DNA of 64,000 bases. Origin: Bilabrum cf. latius (lineage: Eukaryota). Below, one piece after another: positions 36,641 through 50,021 of the stretch (position 1 is its first letter; every line of letters starts with the position of its first letter). The position numbers and the translations under genes were made by a program. The notes beneath the pieces are model-generated. The model was not told the origin of the DNA. It ran no database searches and saw nothing but the letters and a program-made list of their open reading frames with translations. Location of the stretch: assembly GCA_965178125.1 (NCBI GenBank), contig OZ237738.1:1240001-1304000 (forward strand), in the 5' to 3' direction.

Positions 36641-37003
36641 TTTCTATATATATTATTAGAAATATATTTTTAAACTATTTTAAACGCCATATTTAATTAT
36701 AGAGGGCTTAAAGGGGCTATAATAATTAATGAAGGTGAAAGGTGATTTTTGCCATTTAGCCCTAAAAAATAGATTGTGATATGAATGGTGTATTTTAACA
36801 CCTTCTAAAGTGATGGAACTATTTTTTAAAATTATCTTAAGGTCCCATACCACCTTCACAAGAGGCCCTACATCCACATTTTGCTAGAAATACTATATAA
36901 TTATACGCAATTTGTGGATATAGCCATCGTATAGATTTTAATATAGCGGTTATATTAAAATATTTAATTAAATTCTAGCCCGTTTATTAAGTTGTAGGGG
37001 CTT

Positions 37004-37774
37004 TTAATTATAGATATCTTGTAGTTTTTCGTGTTCGGCCTTCACATCAAGGGTCAAATATACCCGGCTATTCCAAAACTCAGGGCTGTTTATATCATCG
37101 CTATTATTAATATTAAAATTTCTTTTAATTTTACAAATCATAATTTGTAATTTACGAGGGCTAAACTATTTCTTAAGAGCCTCTACATCGGGTAAATTAA
37201 TTTCACCAAAGAATACATCATTTCCATTTACGGACACTTTATACCTATAGTCTCCGTCTTCTAGCCTTTCCAGGTCTCCAATTATTTTTTTGTCTTCCTC
37301 AGGTATCATTTCGTCATCAGTTTCTGCTTCTATCTAGTCTTGTTCGGTACTAACGCTGTTTATTTCGCTTTCACTGTCAGGCTCCATACCGGTTAATTTT
37401 TCATCTATTGCGGTCTATCTAATTAATTCTGGCGGTTGTAAATCATCTACATCATTATAAATTTTATTATTTGGTGGTTTGTAGTCATTAAATTTATCTA
37501 GAATGTATGTTTGCTTAATTTCAACTTGGTCGTTATTATCGTGTTGTATCTTCTGTTTCTCTTCTTTCTTGGGTTTTTTGACGGCTTTTTTCTCTTTAAT
37601 ATCACTAACTATATTTTTATTAATTAATTTTGGTTTTGAAAACTTACCACCTAAATCTACATACGTAGTAATGGTCTCTAAAATTTTTTGCGTACTATCT
37701 GTAATATGGTCTGTAGCCTTATAAATCTGCTTCATTAGGACAGGATTTTCAATGACATAATTATTAAAGTTCAT
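37004..37774 (-). CDS. Hypothetical protein (256 aa)
   Basis: Track ORF extends through TAG to TAA 37004. Confidence 0.55.
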
Positions 37775-37992
37775 ATCTATAATACTAAGTTATAATTTTT
37801 GAGTTTTAAAAAAACGCTTAGAGGTGGGGGGGTTATGTGGGGGTTATCCCTGCCTATAGGCTAGGGTTATGAAGGGGGTTATGTGATGTATAGGCATAGA
37901 TTAATACTTTAGAACCCTGTATCATTTCAATCATCCAATCTTATGGTGGGTAAGCACCTTAAATTTTGTAAATCCCCCTACGGTCAAGGGGC

Positions 37993-38724
37993 TTACTCCT
38001 CCTCACTCTCAGCATTGGCCACCTGTGGGTCCTCCTCAGCATCAGACACAGCGTCCGGTTCCGGCTCGCGTTCCGGCTCCACATCCACGACAGCATCCGC
38101 TCTTGGCTTCAGTTTTCCATCTCCAGTCGTCCACTTCCTTGAAGGCGGGGCAGGCTTGGGTTCGGCACGGGGTTGGATGTCCGCCGTCTCGTTGTCGGGT
38201 TCACCAGCTTCAGCCCTCTGTTTAGCCTTCAGCTCGGCCAGTCTTTTCAGGGCACCCCGTCCTTTCCCCTTCTTCCCTCGCACACCCTTGGGCTTGCGCT
38301 TGGGTTTGGGCTTGGGCTTGGATGGCATCTCGTCCGGCTCGTCCGCGGTCATATCGCTCATCGTGTTGTCGCCAGAAATAGGCTCTTCCACACTAGCCTG
38401 TTCATTTAAAATCTACTTGAGCGCTTCAGAACGGCAGGAACTGATGAACGCATCAACGTCTAAGTTGAGGTCGTACGCAAAAGCCCTAGCCTACTCCTAC
38501 GCAAAACGTAGATTGTTGAGTCCATACTACGCAATGGTGCTCGTAGTAATGAAATCCTCTTGTCGTACCTTTTTACATCCAAAACGCAGCTCGAGCTACA
38601 TCCGCTACATCTAGATGACAAATGGTGCTACTTCCTCCAAAATCTTCATGACCAGAAGCTTGCTCTACCGCTAGGCTTTCCGGACTTGGTTCTTTTGCGT
38701 ATGCTCCCGTCTAGGCTTGGGCAT
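37993..38724 (-). CDS. Hypothetical protein (243 aa), GC-richer accessory gene
   Basis: ATG 38724 through 9 TAG into the track ORF; ends TAA. Confidence 0.6.
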
Positions 38725-38966
38725 AATAATAAATTGGTTGCTATAAGTGAATGTTTAGACCGCCACATTTCCTAAGAAATGCTGGATTCCAATATTCAGG
38801 TCCAGATTTAGCAGGTGTGATGAGTGTTTGTCGCCACGTCCTTCTCATCCAGCACACGACCAACCGAGACCAAACCAGACACTGAGAAATAATTAATTAA
38901 TATATTTCAATCTCATCATTCCAAATCCTCCTAACTAATTATAATATCGTAGAGCTATCCACCTAC

Positions 38967-39743
38967 TCACTCCCAAAAATGCTCGGAAGTGAAGGGGTCC
39001 TCACCGAGAAGAACGTCCAGTTCATCAAGACCGTCCTCCATTGGACTTGATGGAATAGGTGGAAGCCCATCACCCACGTCAAAGCCACCCGCACCAGCAC
39101 CCATATCATCCCCTCCCACAGATGACGCGTCAAATTCACCAGCACCAGCACCAGCACCATCACCGAGTGAAGGCGGGGCATACGCGGAGCCACCAGCGTA
39201 GTATCCAGCACCGGACGAAGGCGGGGCAGATGAAGCCTAACCACCAGCACCAGCACCATCACCGAGTGAACGCGGGGCATACGACGCGGAGCCACCCGCC
39301 ACAGCGCCGGACGAAGGCGGGGCAGATGAAGCGGAGCCACCAGCACCAGCACCGAGTGAAGGTGGGGCAGATGAAGCGGAGCCACCAGCACGTAAATCCT
39401 GAATCCTCTAATTAATAATATCGATACGCTCCGTACTCATAGTGAGCTTGTCCTGTACCCGCTTCACGAGCTACAGCGCCTCGTTACACCGGTAATCTAG
39501 GTCCAAGACCTTCTTTGACTGCTCAGAGGACATAAACTGTACCACTGAACGAATGTTAATATCCAAATTAATACCCTCCCTCCTAAGCTCGTGCTCGGCT
39601 GTGCGGTACACCTCCTTGGCGTTCTCCAGTTCGCCGGCAAACTTGTCGTTCTGCTTCCGCTCCTTGTTCAGTAGCTTGTTCAATCCCCGTACATCCTAAT
39701 TATAAATACCTTTAGAATTAATCCATTGACTAGTAGCCATCAT
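38967..39743 (-). CDS. Coiled-coil plus Gly/Ala/Ser-repeat protein (258 aa)
   Basis: ATG-TGA with TAG read-through; AGAGGSASSAPP repeats. Confidence 0.6.
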
Positions 39744-40048
39744 CGTTGAGCCTCGTTGGTATGAGAACCGAGCTGCGGTGTTGTACGGCAAAAAAAGATC
39801 ACCTTGCTATCTCGCGCTATTCATTAGATACAAACTTTCAGACCAACCTGATACAATTAATACACAACAAAATTAATTCTGTGTGTCCCACCCGACATAA
39901 TTGAAGGAATTATAACTTGATGTACGGGGGATTGTGGCAGTCCACGGCACGCGCTAAAAAAACTTATTTATTAATTGTTGAGTATAGATACAATCGGCAT
40001 CGCCTGCTCGCCAGCAGTAGAAGCACACCACCAAGCACCAACGACCAA

Positions 40049-40627
40049 TCAATCCACCTCCATCTCGTCCTCGCTAGCCTCCCCGTCCTCCAGCATTGGG
40101 GTTGAGTTCTTGGTTCCTCGAATGTCGGATATGGTGTTGGCACCACCGCCAGGGTTGGCATCAGCCAAAGCAAGACGATTATTCACGAGGTCGGCAATGT
40201 TGAACCCGAATTTAGCCCTCATCGTTGACTGTACAGGTCGCATAAGCGGGTGAGACTTCACAGCCACCATCTTCTCCGCCTCGTTCTTGGACAGCACATC
40301 GTAGTGGGCGTGTAGGTGTATCATCGTGAGCACCTGATACAGCATCACAGCCCGCTTCTTGGCATCGTGAGGACTTTTACAGCCTTTGACGAAATCCCGC
40401 ATTGACGCAAGACAATCGGCCGGCACTCCCATCTTTATGAGATGATACCCCTGCTCCACCATCTCCTGCTTGATGCTGTCCCGCTTGGCCTCGTAGTCCT
40501 GCTGTGCTCCCGCGATGGCTTTCACATAGCCTTTGAGTTGAGACTTGGTAGCCATAGTCAGTTTGTTGTTCTTGAAGGCGTGGGCACTATCGGGGATGCG
40601 ACCTTTGACCGTAAACACCTCTGGCAC
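40049..40627 (-). CDS. Hypothetical protein (up to 192 aa)
   Basis: Uninterrupted ORF with protein-like composition; ends TGA. Confidence 0.6.
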   Translation of the reverse strand: MPEVFTVKGRIPDSAHAFKNNKLTMATKSQLKGYVKAIAGAQQDYEAKRDSIKQEMVEQGYHLIKMGVPADCLASMRDFVKGCKSPHDAKKRAVMLYQVLTMIHLHAHYDVLSKNEAEKMVAVKSHPLMRPVQSTMRAKFGFNIADLVNNRLALADANPGGGANTISDIRGTKNSTPMLEDGEASEDEMEVD

Positions 40628-41280
40628 TGCGATATAGCATATTGGCTTGGGCAGTACAATCTACGTATCAATCCAATACAACCAAATACGCCGGTGTGGT
40701 GGGGGTATCTTACTTTTTTCTATTAGCAGTCTATTAAAAGTGAAGGATTAGACCGCCACATTTCCTAAGAAATGCTGAACTCCAATATTCAGGTCCATTT
40801 TGACGATGACGAGTGTAGCGAGTTGCTGTTGCGCGTTTGTTCCATTTGTGAAGGTATAAGCGAGGATAAGGGGGTATAATGAAGGTAGTTTAGAAGGTTG
40901 AATAATGGAGTCCCATAAAGTGATGGAACTTTTGGCTAGAAAATGGCTAGAGTCCCAGAACACCTTCACAAGAGGGCTACATCCACGTTTTGATTAGAAC
41001 TTACTATAATATATACCCAAAGTATGGATATGGTCATCGTATAGAGTTTTATATATAATTGATTTTATATAATTAGAAGGATAAAGCAGTTATATGAAGT
41101 AGCAGTATGAAGAGGCTCACCTTGACTTTTGGAGCGACTAGCTCCAAAAGGAGTGGAACGGACTGAAGAGCTTTAGCTCTGATGGACTGGAACTATTGAT
41201 GATGTTAATCATCCTTAACCGAAGGGAATAAATTTATTTATTACCGTAGCGGGGGGGTTCTTACTTTCGCAGTCTTTTCC

Positions 41281-44076
41281 ATCCGGAATCCGGATCCCCT
41301 TGCGACCATAACTGTCCCAAGCTGAACGGCAAAATTCCCAACTTCAGTCGCAAAATTCGGAGCAATAATGTCCAACTATGGCCCTGTCCTTTTCGGTAAT
41401 GAAGCAGGTTTTCAAGGAGATTTCAAAACTGTAACCAGATTTTCAGGACGACATGTTCTCTTCAAGCTATGACCGACCAAAGATGGCGGCCTTGGCGGCC
41501 GGCATGATCGCGCCTGGTAAAAATCACAACTGTCCCAACTTCAAAGTCCTAAATATCTCGCATTTCACACTTTTTTTTCAGGTTTCCAGTATAATAGCAG
41601 TATAATCATATATAAAAATATTAAGTTCGACGCTTCTTTGAAGCTGGCATGGCCCTCTTGTTGCTTGCAGCCTAGATCTTCGCGATCTTGGCCTTGAGGG
41701 CCTGATTCTGAGCTCTCATTGCGTCCAGGTTGACTCTAGCCTCCTCAAGCTGCTCAATAATCTCATCTGTGGACTGATCCTAGAGTGGGCGGTCGCGCAT
41801 CTGATTTTTCCGCAGCTAAGCGGCGTCACCCCCGCCCCCCCGGGGCCCGATGGCCCCACGGTTGCCTTGCAGCCCCTTCAGCCTTGGTCGCCTTTTCTGA
41901 GATTGTTGTGCCCGAGCTGCGCTTTCAATCTTTGCTTGAAGCCCCAAACCTGCTAATCTCAGGAATGCAGCCGTGTTGGGGCGTCTCTTCGCCAGGGCAT
42001 CATGGGCGCTCACCACGCGCTGGGCGCTCGCCAGTCCCCCGAGGTTGTCAGCCGTGGCAGGCCCAAGCACAGCAGACGAGGATGATGACTACGGCTCAGA
42101 TGCGCCTGCTCCACTGGCAGCCGTAGTACTCTTCACGAAAGATCCTGACTCTGTCGGGATACTCTCCAGTATTTTGGCTACGTCTGACAGCTCACTACCA
42201 CTGGCCCCCTCCCGGGCCCTCTGCAGCGTGGCCCTGTGCTGCTTGACTTTGTCCATGTCAACTACAACGGAAGGGTTGAACGGGAGAAGTCCGCACTTCT
42301 TGAATCCACTAGCAGCATTCGAAGCTCGAAAGCTGTGGCTTGCACAGGTCAAGACCAGCGGTGCGATCCACTCCTCCCCGATCGCGTCACACGACGCCTT
42401 CGCTAGTGCCGACTTCTTCGCCTCCGGGGCAGACGCCATGAATGCTTCCATGAAATGAAGCTAGCTCAGATAGACACAGAAGTCTTTCTTAACACCACGA
42501 AGCTCTGCTTTGAAGGACGACATGCACGCGACGTCCAGGGGCTGCAGGAAGTGGGTGCTCATTGGAAGGAGGAGCTCGATGTCGATGTTGTTGGCAGCGC
42601 AGAACTTCCTGAGGCTCCGCTGGTCATGCGTCGAGTGGTTGTCCATCGTGAGCAGTACTCTAGCTGTGGGAGGGAGCCTCTCTTCCCTTCGCACTCTAGC
42701 TGCGTACTCCACGATCTTTGGAAGCAGCAGGGACAAGGACCCGACGTTGCTGTAGCCGGAGGGGGTCGCACAGAACACGATGATGTCGAGGAGCTCGATG
42801 TCCGTCTTGGCTAGCACCAAGAAGAGTTTCTGGACAGACGAGGGGTCCACAACATTACCAGATAGCCTTACCTCAGCTAGAATATCCTCGAGCTCCGCCT
42901 TCAGGCCGTCGTCGTCGAGCTTGCCCGCATCGCGCTGGGCTTGCGCACGTTGCAACCGGGCTGCCACATATTCCTGCTCGCGCTGGATCTCGCGTTTGAC
43001 CTTTTGAGACTTGCCATCGTAGCGGAAAACGAGAAGGCCAGCAACAATTCCATCCTTCGCTGATACAACAGGAACGAATGATACGTTTGTATTGGAAAAA
43101 TGCGTCGCGCGAAGCGCAGCACGGGGCGATTCGGCCCTGACCACCAGACGGTCCGCCCCGTCAACCCTTGCGCCCTACCCTGGCTGGGCATGCAGTATGA
43201 TCACAGTCTCATCTATGTTTAACTACAATCGTTCGTGATAAATGCACGTCCCTGACACGACGACGCCAAGCTCAGTATTGAGTACCAGGCCTCGTTTTGC
43301 TGCTCCTTCGCCAAACCAGTCCAGCAAGCACGTGTGGCTCTCCGCCACGCTACGATTGATTGTCTTCTCTTCACCTTGCAAATCCTTCAGTTTATGAGCC
43401 TTTAGAAATCTGGTTGACCACACACGCGATAGTGGCACCCCATCCTTGTGTGAACCAGCACAAACGTCGTTGCGAAGGCCTGTTGCAGTTCGGCGCAGTC
43501 CTTCAAGCGTGAACGGCACCTTCTCATCCTCTCGCAATATGACCAGCTTCGCAAGTGCCCGTTCAACATACTAGGGCAAATCTGTTCGCCAACACAAATC
43601 CTGTAGGGGGCACGTTAATCGTTGCTAGATTCGCTGGAATCGCTTCCGGACAGCGCTAAACGTCTTTTCTGGGTACACCTCATTTTGAATCTCTCGGTAG
43701 ATTTCACTGTCATTTTGAACCTTACCGGGATTTCTCTCCCTCCACACCTAAAGCTTTTGCTTGTAAATTATATAATCTGCTTGCTGCGCTTCATATAGTC
43801 GCATCTCAGGCTGCTCAGCTGTGCATTCTTCTACCGATTGCTCCAAGGCCGTGCGCCAAGCGAGCACACGATTCACGTCATCCACAGACACCTGAAGGAT
43901 AGCCCGAGTATCCGAGTCGTCAATTGCGTCGAGTATTGATGATTCTTTAGAACTGGAGGAGGATGCTTGCATAACTCTAGAATTGAGACCTGTATGAGCT
44001 CAAGAAGTGGTCGCATTTGAATCTTGGGACAGTTGCAGTTGGTTGGGACAGTTATGGTCGCAAGGGGATTCCGGAT
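41281..44076 (-). mobile_element. Pogo/Tc5-like DDE DNA transposon
   Basis: 27-bp TIR core ATCCCCTTGCGACCATAACTGTCCCAA at 41294-41320 and inverted at 44043-44069. Exact ends and TSD unclear. Confidence 0.85.
41621..43972 (-). CDS. DDE_1 (pogo-family) transposase (783 aa)
   Basis: NIDET, MDNHSTH and LPMSTHFLQPLDV motifs; five track ORFs in one frame split only by TAG; ends TAA. Confidence 0.9.
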
Positions 44077-44592
44077 AGACTAGGCCTAGTCCTTTTTCTG
44101 GTTGGTACGCATCCAATCCGGATGGTGATACCTACACAACCAGCCCGCGGTATCTACCCAGTCAACAAGGAGCCGATGTTGCAGCGCCAGGGGCAAATGG
44201 GCGTTGAGACTGTTTGGACAGGCATTTGCCACGGTAGGTGCACTGTGTGTCACCAGAGCCCATGTGACCTTTGGCATGCGTGACGAGGCTTGGGTCAGTG
44301 CAGTGGGATGAGTCTTATATCGTAACATCGGATTCAATCGTCATCGTCGCCAACAAAATCTCGCACCCGACCCTTAGTGGATCGATCCAGATGGATTCGG
44401 AGCGAGCCTAAGGATCGGATCATTTCTGCTGTTCTGATGTCCACCATGTTGTCGATTATGTGTGAAGTGTGTATCACATTAGCGTGAAACATTTTTGAGA
44501 GAATCAACGCGCTTACCGAGCGGCCAGATGATTTTTGGCTTGCCGCCGAACCACTTGCCATCTGGTGAATTTGTTGGCCAGAAAAAGTAGCG

Positions 44593-47500
44593 TCACAGCA
44601 GCACAACAGCGAGGGGGCCGCGTGCTTGAATCCCCCGGAAAGCCGATTCCACTCCTACACCGCCTGGTGCACGCTCACCAACGCCGCTGGATCCGTCTGT
44701 ACCGTCCAACCGCCCCGCTGCCGCCGCCGCAGCCGCTGCTGCTCGCAAGGCTCTGGCGCGAGCGTTCGCCTCCAGCACCTGGAACGACACGGCCGTCCCC
44801 CCTTGCGCCTTAGGAGAGGACGCGGCGTACCGCGCGTACGCAAGCACCGCCACGCCCAGTGGTGCCGCACCCCCGCTTCCCTGCTTCTCGTCCTCGTCGC
44901 CCTACGGTTCGACCGATGCAGCTCGAGGCCCGTCCCGGCCCGCGAACGCAGTGCTGCTGCAAATCCACTTGCAGAGGTGACGGACGGTACTCACGGCAGC
45001 TTTCTCTGCCGTCTCGGGATTGGTCGTCACAGGCTTACCGCTTGGACTACTGACACACACAGCAAGACACACGTGGCACCCAATGTCTGTGATGTTGGGC
45101 AATGGAGGAGCCATGCCGCCAGCAGACTCGCGCAGCCGCCGGTCGAGGTTGTTCTCACTCTTAGAATGCGGCGTACCGTATGCGTTGTCGTAAATCCTTC
45201 GCGCTCCCACGTCAAGCAGGTTGCCCAGCAGCGCATTTGCAGTCACCCCGGGCTCTGGTAGCTGAAGCTGCAGCGGGTGCGAGTCGATCATGACCACGCA
45301 CTCGGCAAAATCGGCGAAGACGTCTTTTACCGGGTGCGTCACGCTGTTCGGAACCAAGCTGCTTGAAGCATGCGCCGACTCTTTCTCACTCCCCGAGTTG
45401 ACACTGCCCGCCTGTTTGCCTGGTCCAGGGCGAGCCAGAGTCGCCTGAAGGAGGGCCAGGGACAGGGGGCGAAGGTGCCTCAGGGTGAGCCCGAGCTTGA
45501 GGTGGGAGTCGGGGACGGTGCTGATGCCGAGGCGACTACCCAAGGAACGTCTCGACATCCCGGCCCGCAGGTTTGGGGGTACTGCTGCCCATCGGCCCAC
45601 AGGCTCCCCGTTGGAGTCCAGAGGCGGCCTCGCGTTTCGAATAATTCTGCGGAGAACGTGCGACGAGATGGGTTTGCCTTCGGCCAGCCACGCGTTGATC
45701 TCTTCCAGAACTGCGCCCTCGAGTGGCAGCGGCGGCTGGGTGCCGCTTCCACTGGTGGCACTCGTGCGCGCCGCACTGTCTGTCGCGCTCAGTGCTGTCG
45801 AATCCGCCGTGCTCGTGGACAGTTCGCGGGAGTCGGCAACGCCTCTAGTCATCACCGTGCTGATTCCCGTGGAGGTACGAGCACTGGCGACGCGATTCAT
45901 TCCGACATGGGCTGACTTGCGACGCCCCTTTGGCTTGTCGTCATCGCCATCCGAGCCCTGCCCCGACCTGGTGGCAGGGCTCTTTGCTGCAGTCCATGGC
46001 TCTTGCTTAGCTGGAACTGTGACCATGCTGTCGTCCCGTGGCGACTCGAGGAACTTCTCGGTGGCCCGCTTTTTGTGCTGTTTTGCTACCTCAAAGACAG
46101 ACAGCATCGCCGCCCAGACCCGCGCGTTGAGCTCCGGCTGCAGAGCGCATGCCGCGTACTGCCTCCTGCGCTCCCTCGTGTCGAAGTTCACAGAGTTCGC
46201 GCCGGGTGCGAGGAGGTCTCTCAGCACCTGATAGCCTGCCAGCCTTACGTGCACTGGGCGTGCCTTGTCCAGCAAGGACGCGGTTTCCACGGCACTGGCC
46301 GGGCTTCGCGCGAGTGCAAAGCTCCCGGCCGGTTCTAGCTACGGACCGAGCAGCATGGGCGGCGGGAGCACCTGCCGGATCTGCAGCTAATTGCCTCGCG
46401 TGCCGTCCTGCGAGCCCGCTGGCCCTCCTTCGTGCAGCAGCACCTCTGGCGGTAGCCTCATCTTGCACACAAGAGAGCGGCGAACCACTTGTTCCCTGGG
46501 TGCCACCACCCTGTGCCTGCACGCAGGAATGGTGCCAAAGGTGAGTGTCTCCAGAGCGCGGCCTGCCAGCACCATCACGTCGATGTACGGCGGCAGGCGC
46601 TAACTACTCACCAGTGCACGATCGCGATCGCCAACGCCACCGCTGTGGCAGTCTCCTGGGCTCATCCGCACGGCCGCCCCAGGGAGTCCCTCGGTTGTCG
46701 GTTCCTCGACGGCCATCCACGAAGCGCACTCAATGTGTCCCGGCTTGAGCACCACTGCTCGCAGCTCGGGCTTAAGTCGTTGCAGCGCAGCGTCAGCGGT
46801 CGCCTTGCCCCGGCTACCACCTTGCGCAGCTGCAGAATTCCTTGCGTTTCTGGCCTTCATTGCCTGGTAGTACTCTTTTGATGCGAGGTGCAGCGTGGCG
46901 GGCGACGTGCACGGGATGATGGTGAAGAGGCCCACGTCCTCGTGCGCGGCACACAGCTCGCTCCACGGCCCGCTGCTGCTATGAGGATCTCTGACGTTGC
47001 CGCCGTCTATCTCGTCGGGCACAGGCACGTACTCATTCGCCTGGATGACGGACGAGGACCACCTCTCTGTGAATGGGGTCGCAACGGCAGGGACAGGGGC
47101 ACCTGCCGCACCGTGTGACGAGAGCACGGGCTAGACACTGTCATGAACTAGTCCCGCGGGATCCACGCCATCCTGTGCGCCCGAAATCAGAGGTGGCGTG
47201 TGACCGGCCACTCTTGAGTCGCTGTCGGTGTTGCTGTCGGTGTCGCTGTCGGTTGGCGAGCTGGCTCCAGCCACGCGTCTATGACCGCGGCGGCCGTCCT
47301 CATCAGCCATGGCCGACTGAGTGTCTCTGTCGCCCGATGGAATCTGTGCTGTACCATCTGCATCGCTGGCGGAGGGGCGTGGCGCCTCGGATGCTGCAGG
47401 AGCAGGGCCTCGTTCATCCCCATCACCCGCGCATGGAGCAGCCCGTCCTTGCCCGTCAGGGCCGGACGATCCGCCGGTGCCGCCCTCCCCACCACCTCTA

Positions 47501-49581
47501 CCAACGGCCCAATCATCACCCACGGAACCTCCGCGCGTGCTCCCAGAAGTGTCCTCCCCGGCCGTCCCTAAAGCCACCATCACACGTGGAGGGGGCCGGT
47601 CAGCGTTCAGAATGCTGCATACTAGCTCCGCGCGAGCGGCCGCAGAGCTACTGGATGACGCATGCTTCTCTGCCGAGCCACTGCTGCTTCTACCCCGCCC
47701 GCGCTGGGCGACCATGCTGGCCTTGAGGGTGTCCGATGCCCTTCCCAGCGATCGCATCACCATGACAGAGAGTTCCCTTGCGAGGGTGTCCACAGCACGC
47801 ATGGCTGCCCTTGATCGATCTGGGCTAATTGTATGCGCGCTTGAGTCGCTGGGTCCGCGGCTGTAGCCAAGGGGCGGCTTTGAAACGTGGGGATGATCCT
47901 AGCTGTGCCCACCCTCCTCTCGCTGGTGCTCCGAGTCGTATTCCATGGGTGCGGACCCACCTCTGGGCTCGGCACCATCACTACGATGGAGCGAATCAGA
48001 GCTGTTCAGTCGCCGGACATTCAGCAGCGGGACTGTTTGCCCGCTTGTGCCTCGCGTCATGACCGATCGCCGGCTCGCGTCCCTGGGCATCGTGTGCGTG
48101 CTTGCCCAAACCCCTTGCGTTGACTGCATCGAGGCTTGTCGTGCGCAGGCACTAGAGCCAAAAGAACGGTCGGGAGAAACCCCTTGGCTTGCTTGTGACA
48201 TCCCTGTCACGTCCCTAACCATGGGGCTCTGGACAGGCGTCGCTTCTGATGCTACCGGCGTGCTGATCGACGTTTGTGTGCCCTGTCGCTGGAGTGCCCC
48301 AATACCACCTTGCATGGATGCAATTGACTGTATTTTCCCTGGGCTGGGTCCTGACACGGGCGGCTGTCTTCGCAGGAGAGGCACACAGGGCACCTCAAGA
48401 ACGTGGTCAAATGCATTCGGCCGCCAGGCAATGCTGCGTTTGCTGCCAGCGACTGGTTGCTGCCCAATGTCGCTAGCAGGGAGGCGAGGCTGGAATCCAT
48501 ATACGCTACGTACTACATCAACATCATTCGTATCTGCTGAAGCTCCTTCCGTACCGTCAGTTGCACGAGCTGCACTATTGGTCGATCTACCTGGCAAATT
48601 CCGATCCTACGTCTCGGTCCTTTCATCGGCGAAACTCCGCTTCTACAGCGATAAAATGCCGGGAATAGGTCCATTCGTTTTACTAATACCGGCTTCCTTG
48701 CGTCCAAGGGCAACCAAAGAGGCGGCATTCCGGTCGCTCGTAGCCGAATAGCGGTTGGGCGGAACATGCTGACCACCCGAAGACTCTAACTCCCACTGGC
48801 TGCAGAGCAACCTAGTTGCATCGTTGCTGCTGACGACTTCGTTCAACATAATCCGTACCTTGCACGCACCGAATTGCGTCATGCTTCCGAGAAGTTTGAG
48901 CATCAGAGAGTCCGGTTGCATGCTCGCAGCAGCAGATCTGGGTGAAGCCGTGCCACCGACCCTTGATCCTGGCGCGGAAAAAGCCTTCATATCACCGAAA
49001 TTCAAAAGAGGGATCGAACTGGGGATTGGGGTGTACGTGTGCTCAAGCAAATACTCTGGCACAAGCGATACTGTGGGGCCGTTAACCCGAACAGTGAAGT
49101 AGTTCTGCGGCCGGTTCAGAGTTCCTAAGGGTTCAATTCGCCGCCCATCGCTCTGAGAAGAATCCAATTCGATACTTGTTGAGTTGCGCGCATGACTGGG
49201 CGGCCTACCTAAGACCCGTCGAGCCCACAACGCGAGAGCTGCGGCTGCATCAGACTGCCCTTTCGGCCAGAAATGGGAAGGCCTATCACCAAAGAAAGTG
49301 ACTTGCAAGTTGATTGCGCACCCTGTTTTGAATTCTGACAGGAGTTGAATCAGAGCCAAGTTTGCCTTCTGACCAAGCCACTGCGGTTCTATAGCTTCCT
49401 TCGCAGGGAGCCCACCCAATTCGCTGGCGACAACATGACGTAGAACTTGCTCCGCAGTTTGTCTCGCCGCAAACAGCGCCTTCTGTTGTGCCTTCTACGA
49501 GCTGTCGAAGTAGTCAGCCTGGTGCCTAAGCTCGAATTTCCTAATCCTGAGCATGCTTCGATCAGGTTGGTTCGTGGACAT
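44593..49581 (-). CDS. Host gene, large uncharacterised low-complexity protein (~1660 aa; start uncertain)
   Basis: Seven track ORFs (49419, 48597, 47802, 47127, 46578, 46290, 44853) share a frame; every intervening stop checked is TAG; ends TGA. Confidence 0.65.
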
Positions 49582-50021
49582 TCTATCGAGCCCACGGAGG
49601 AATCTATGCACTTCTGAATTACTTCTTTATCTTAATCGAATACTTTTTAACGAATTGTGCACATGTGATCCTCAGCCGATGGACTTAGGGGTATGTTCCC
49701 GACTTTGTGTGTTTTGCAAATCATGTTTGTTTCGTGTGGTTCCGTCGTGTCAAATCACGCGCTACAATATGAAAATGGGAATTGCCAGTATATTGTCGGG
49801 ACATTCTCCGACGGTGTCGTCCACGGAAACAGTTAGGATGCATCAAGGGCTCGTCCTGGAGATGGTCCACCCATGGCACAGGCAAAAACACTGCGGCACT
49901 GCGCATCAGTGGCTGCGGCACGACGGTTCTGGTTTTCTCTCAGAAACACGAGACAGCCCTGCCCGATATCAGCACGCGGCGCCGCGGGTGTGCCACCCCA
50001 GCCCGACCGTCCACCCCTTGC

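Larger units (their letters stand above)
838..41257. mobile_element. Outer endogenous virophage (Lavidaviridae/EMALE-like), interrupted by nested insertions; left end outside window
   Basis: AT-rich block with virophage penton, MCP, pPolB, primase-helicase and GIY-YIG genes. Right end tentatively placed at the G7 run 41251-41257; no partner TIR in the window. Confidence 0.8.

Noticed and set aside
890-44000. Reading the many TAG stops as pseudogene decay or C-to-T hypermutation
   Set aside because: Decay would also give TAA, TGA and frameshifts. Interruptions are almost exclusively TAG and also occur in host housekeeping genes.
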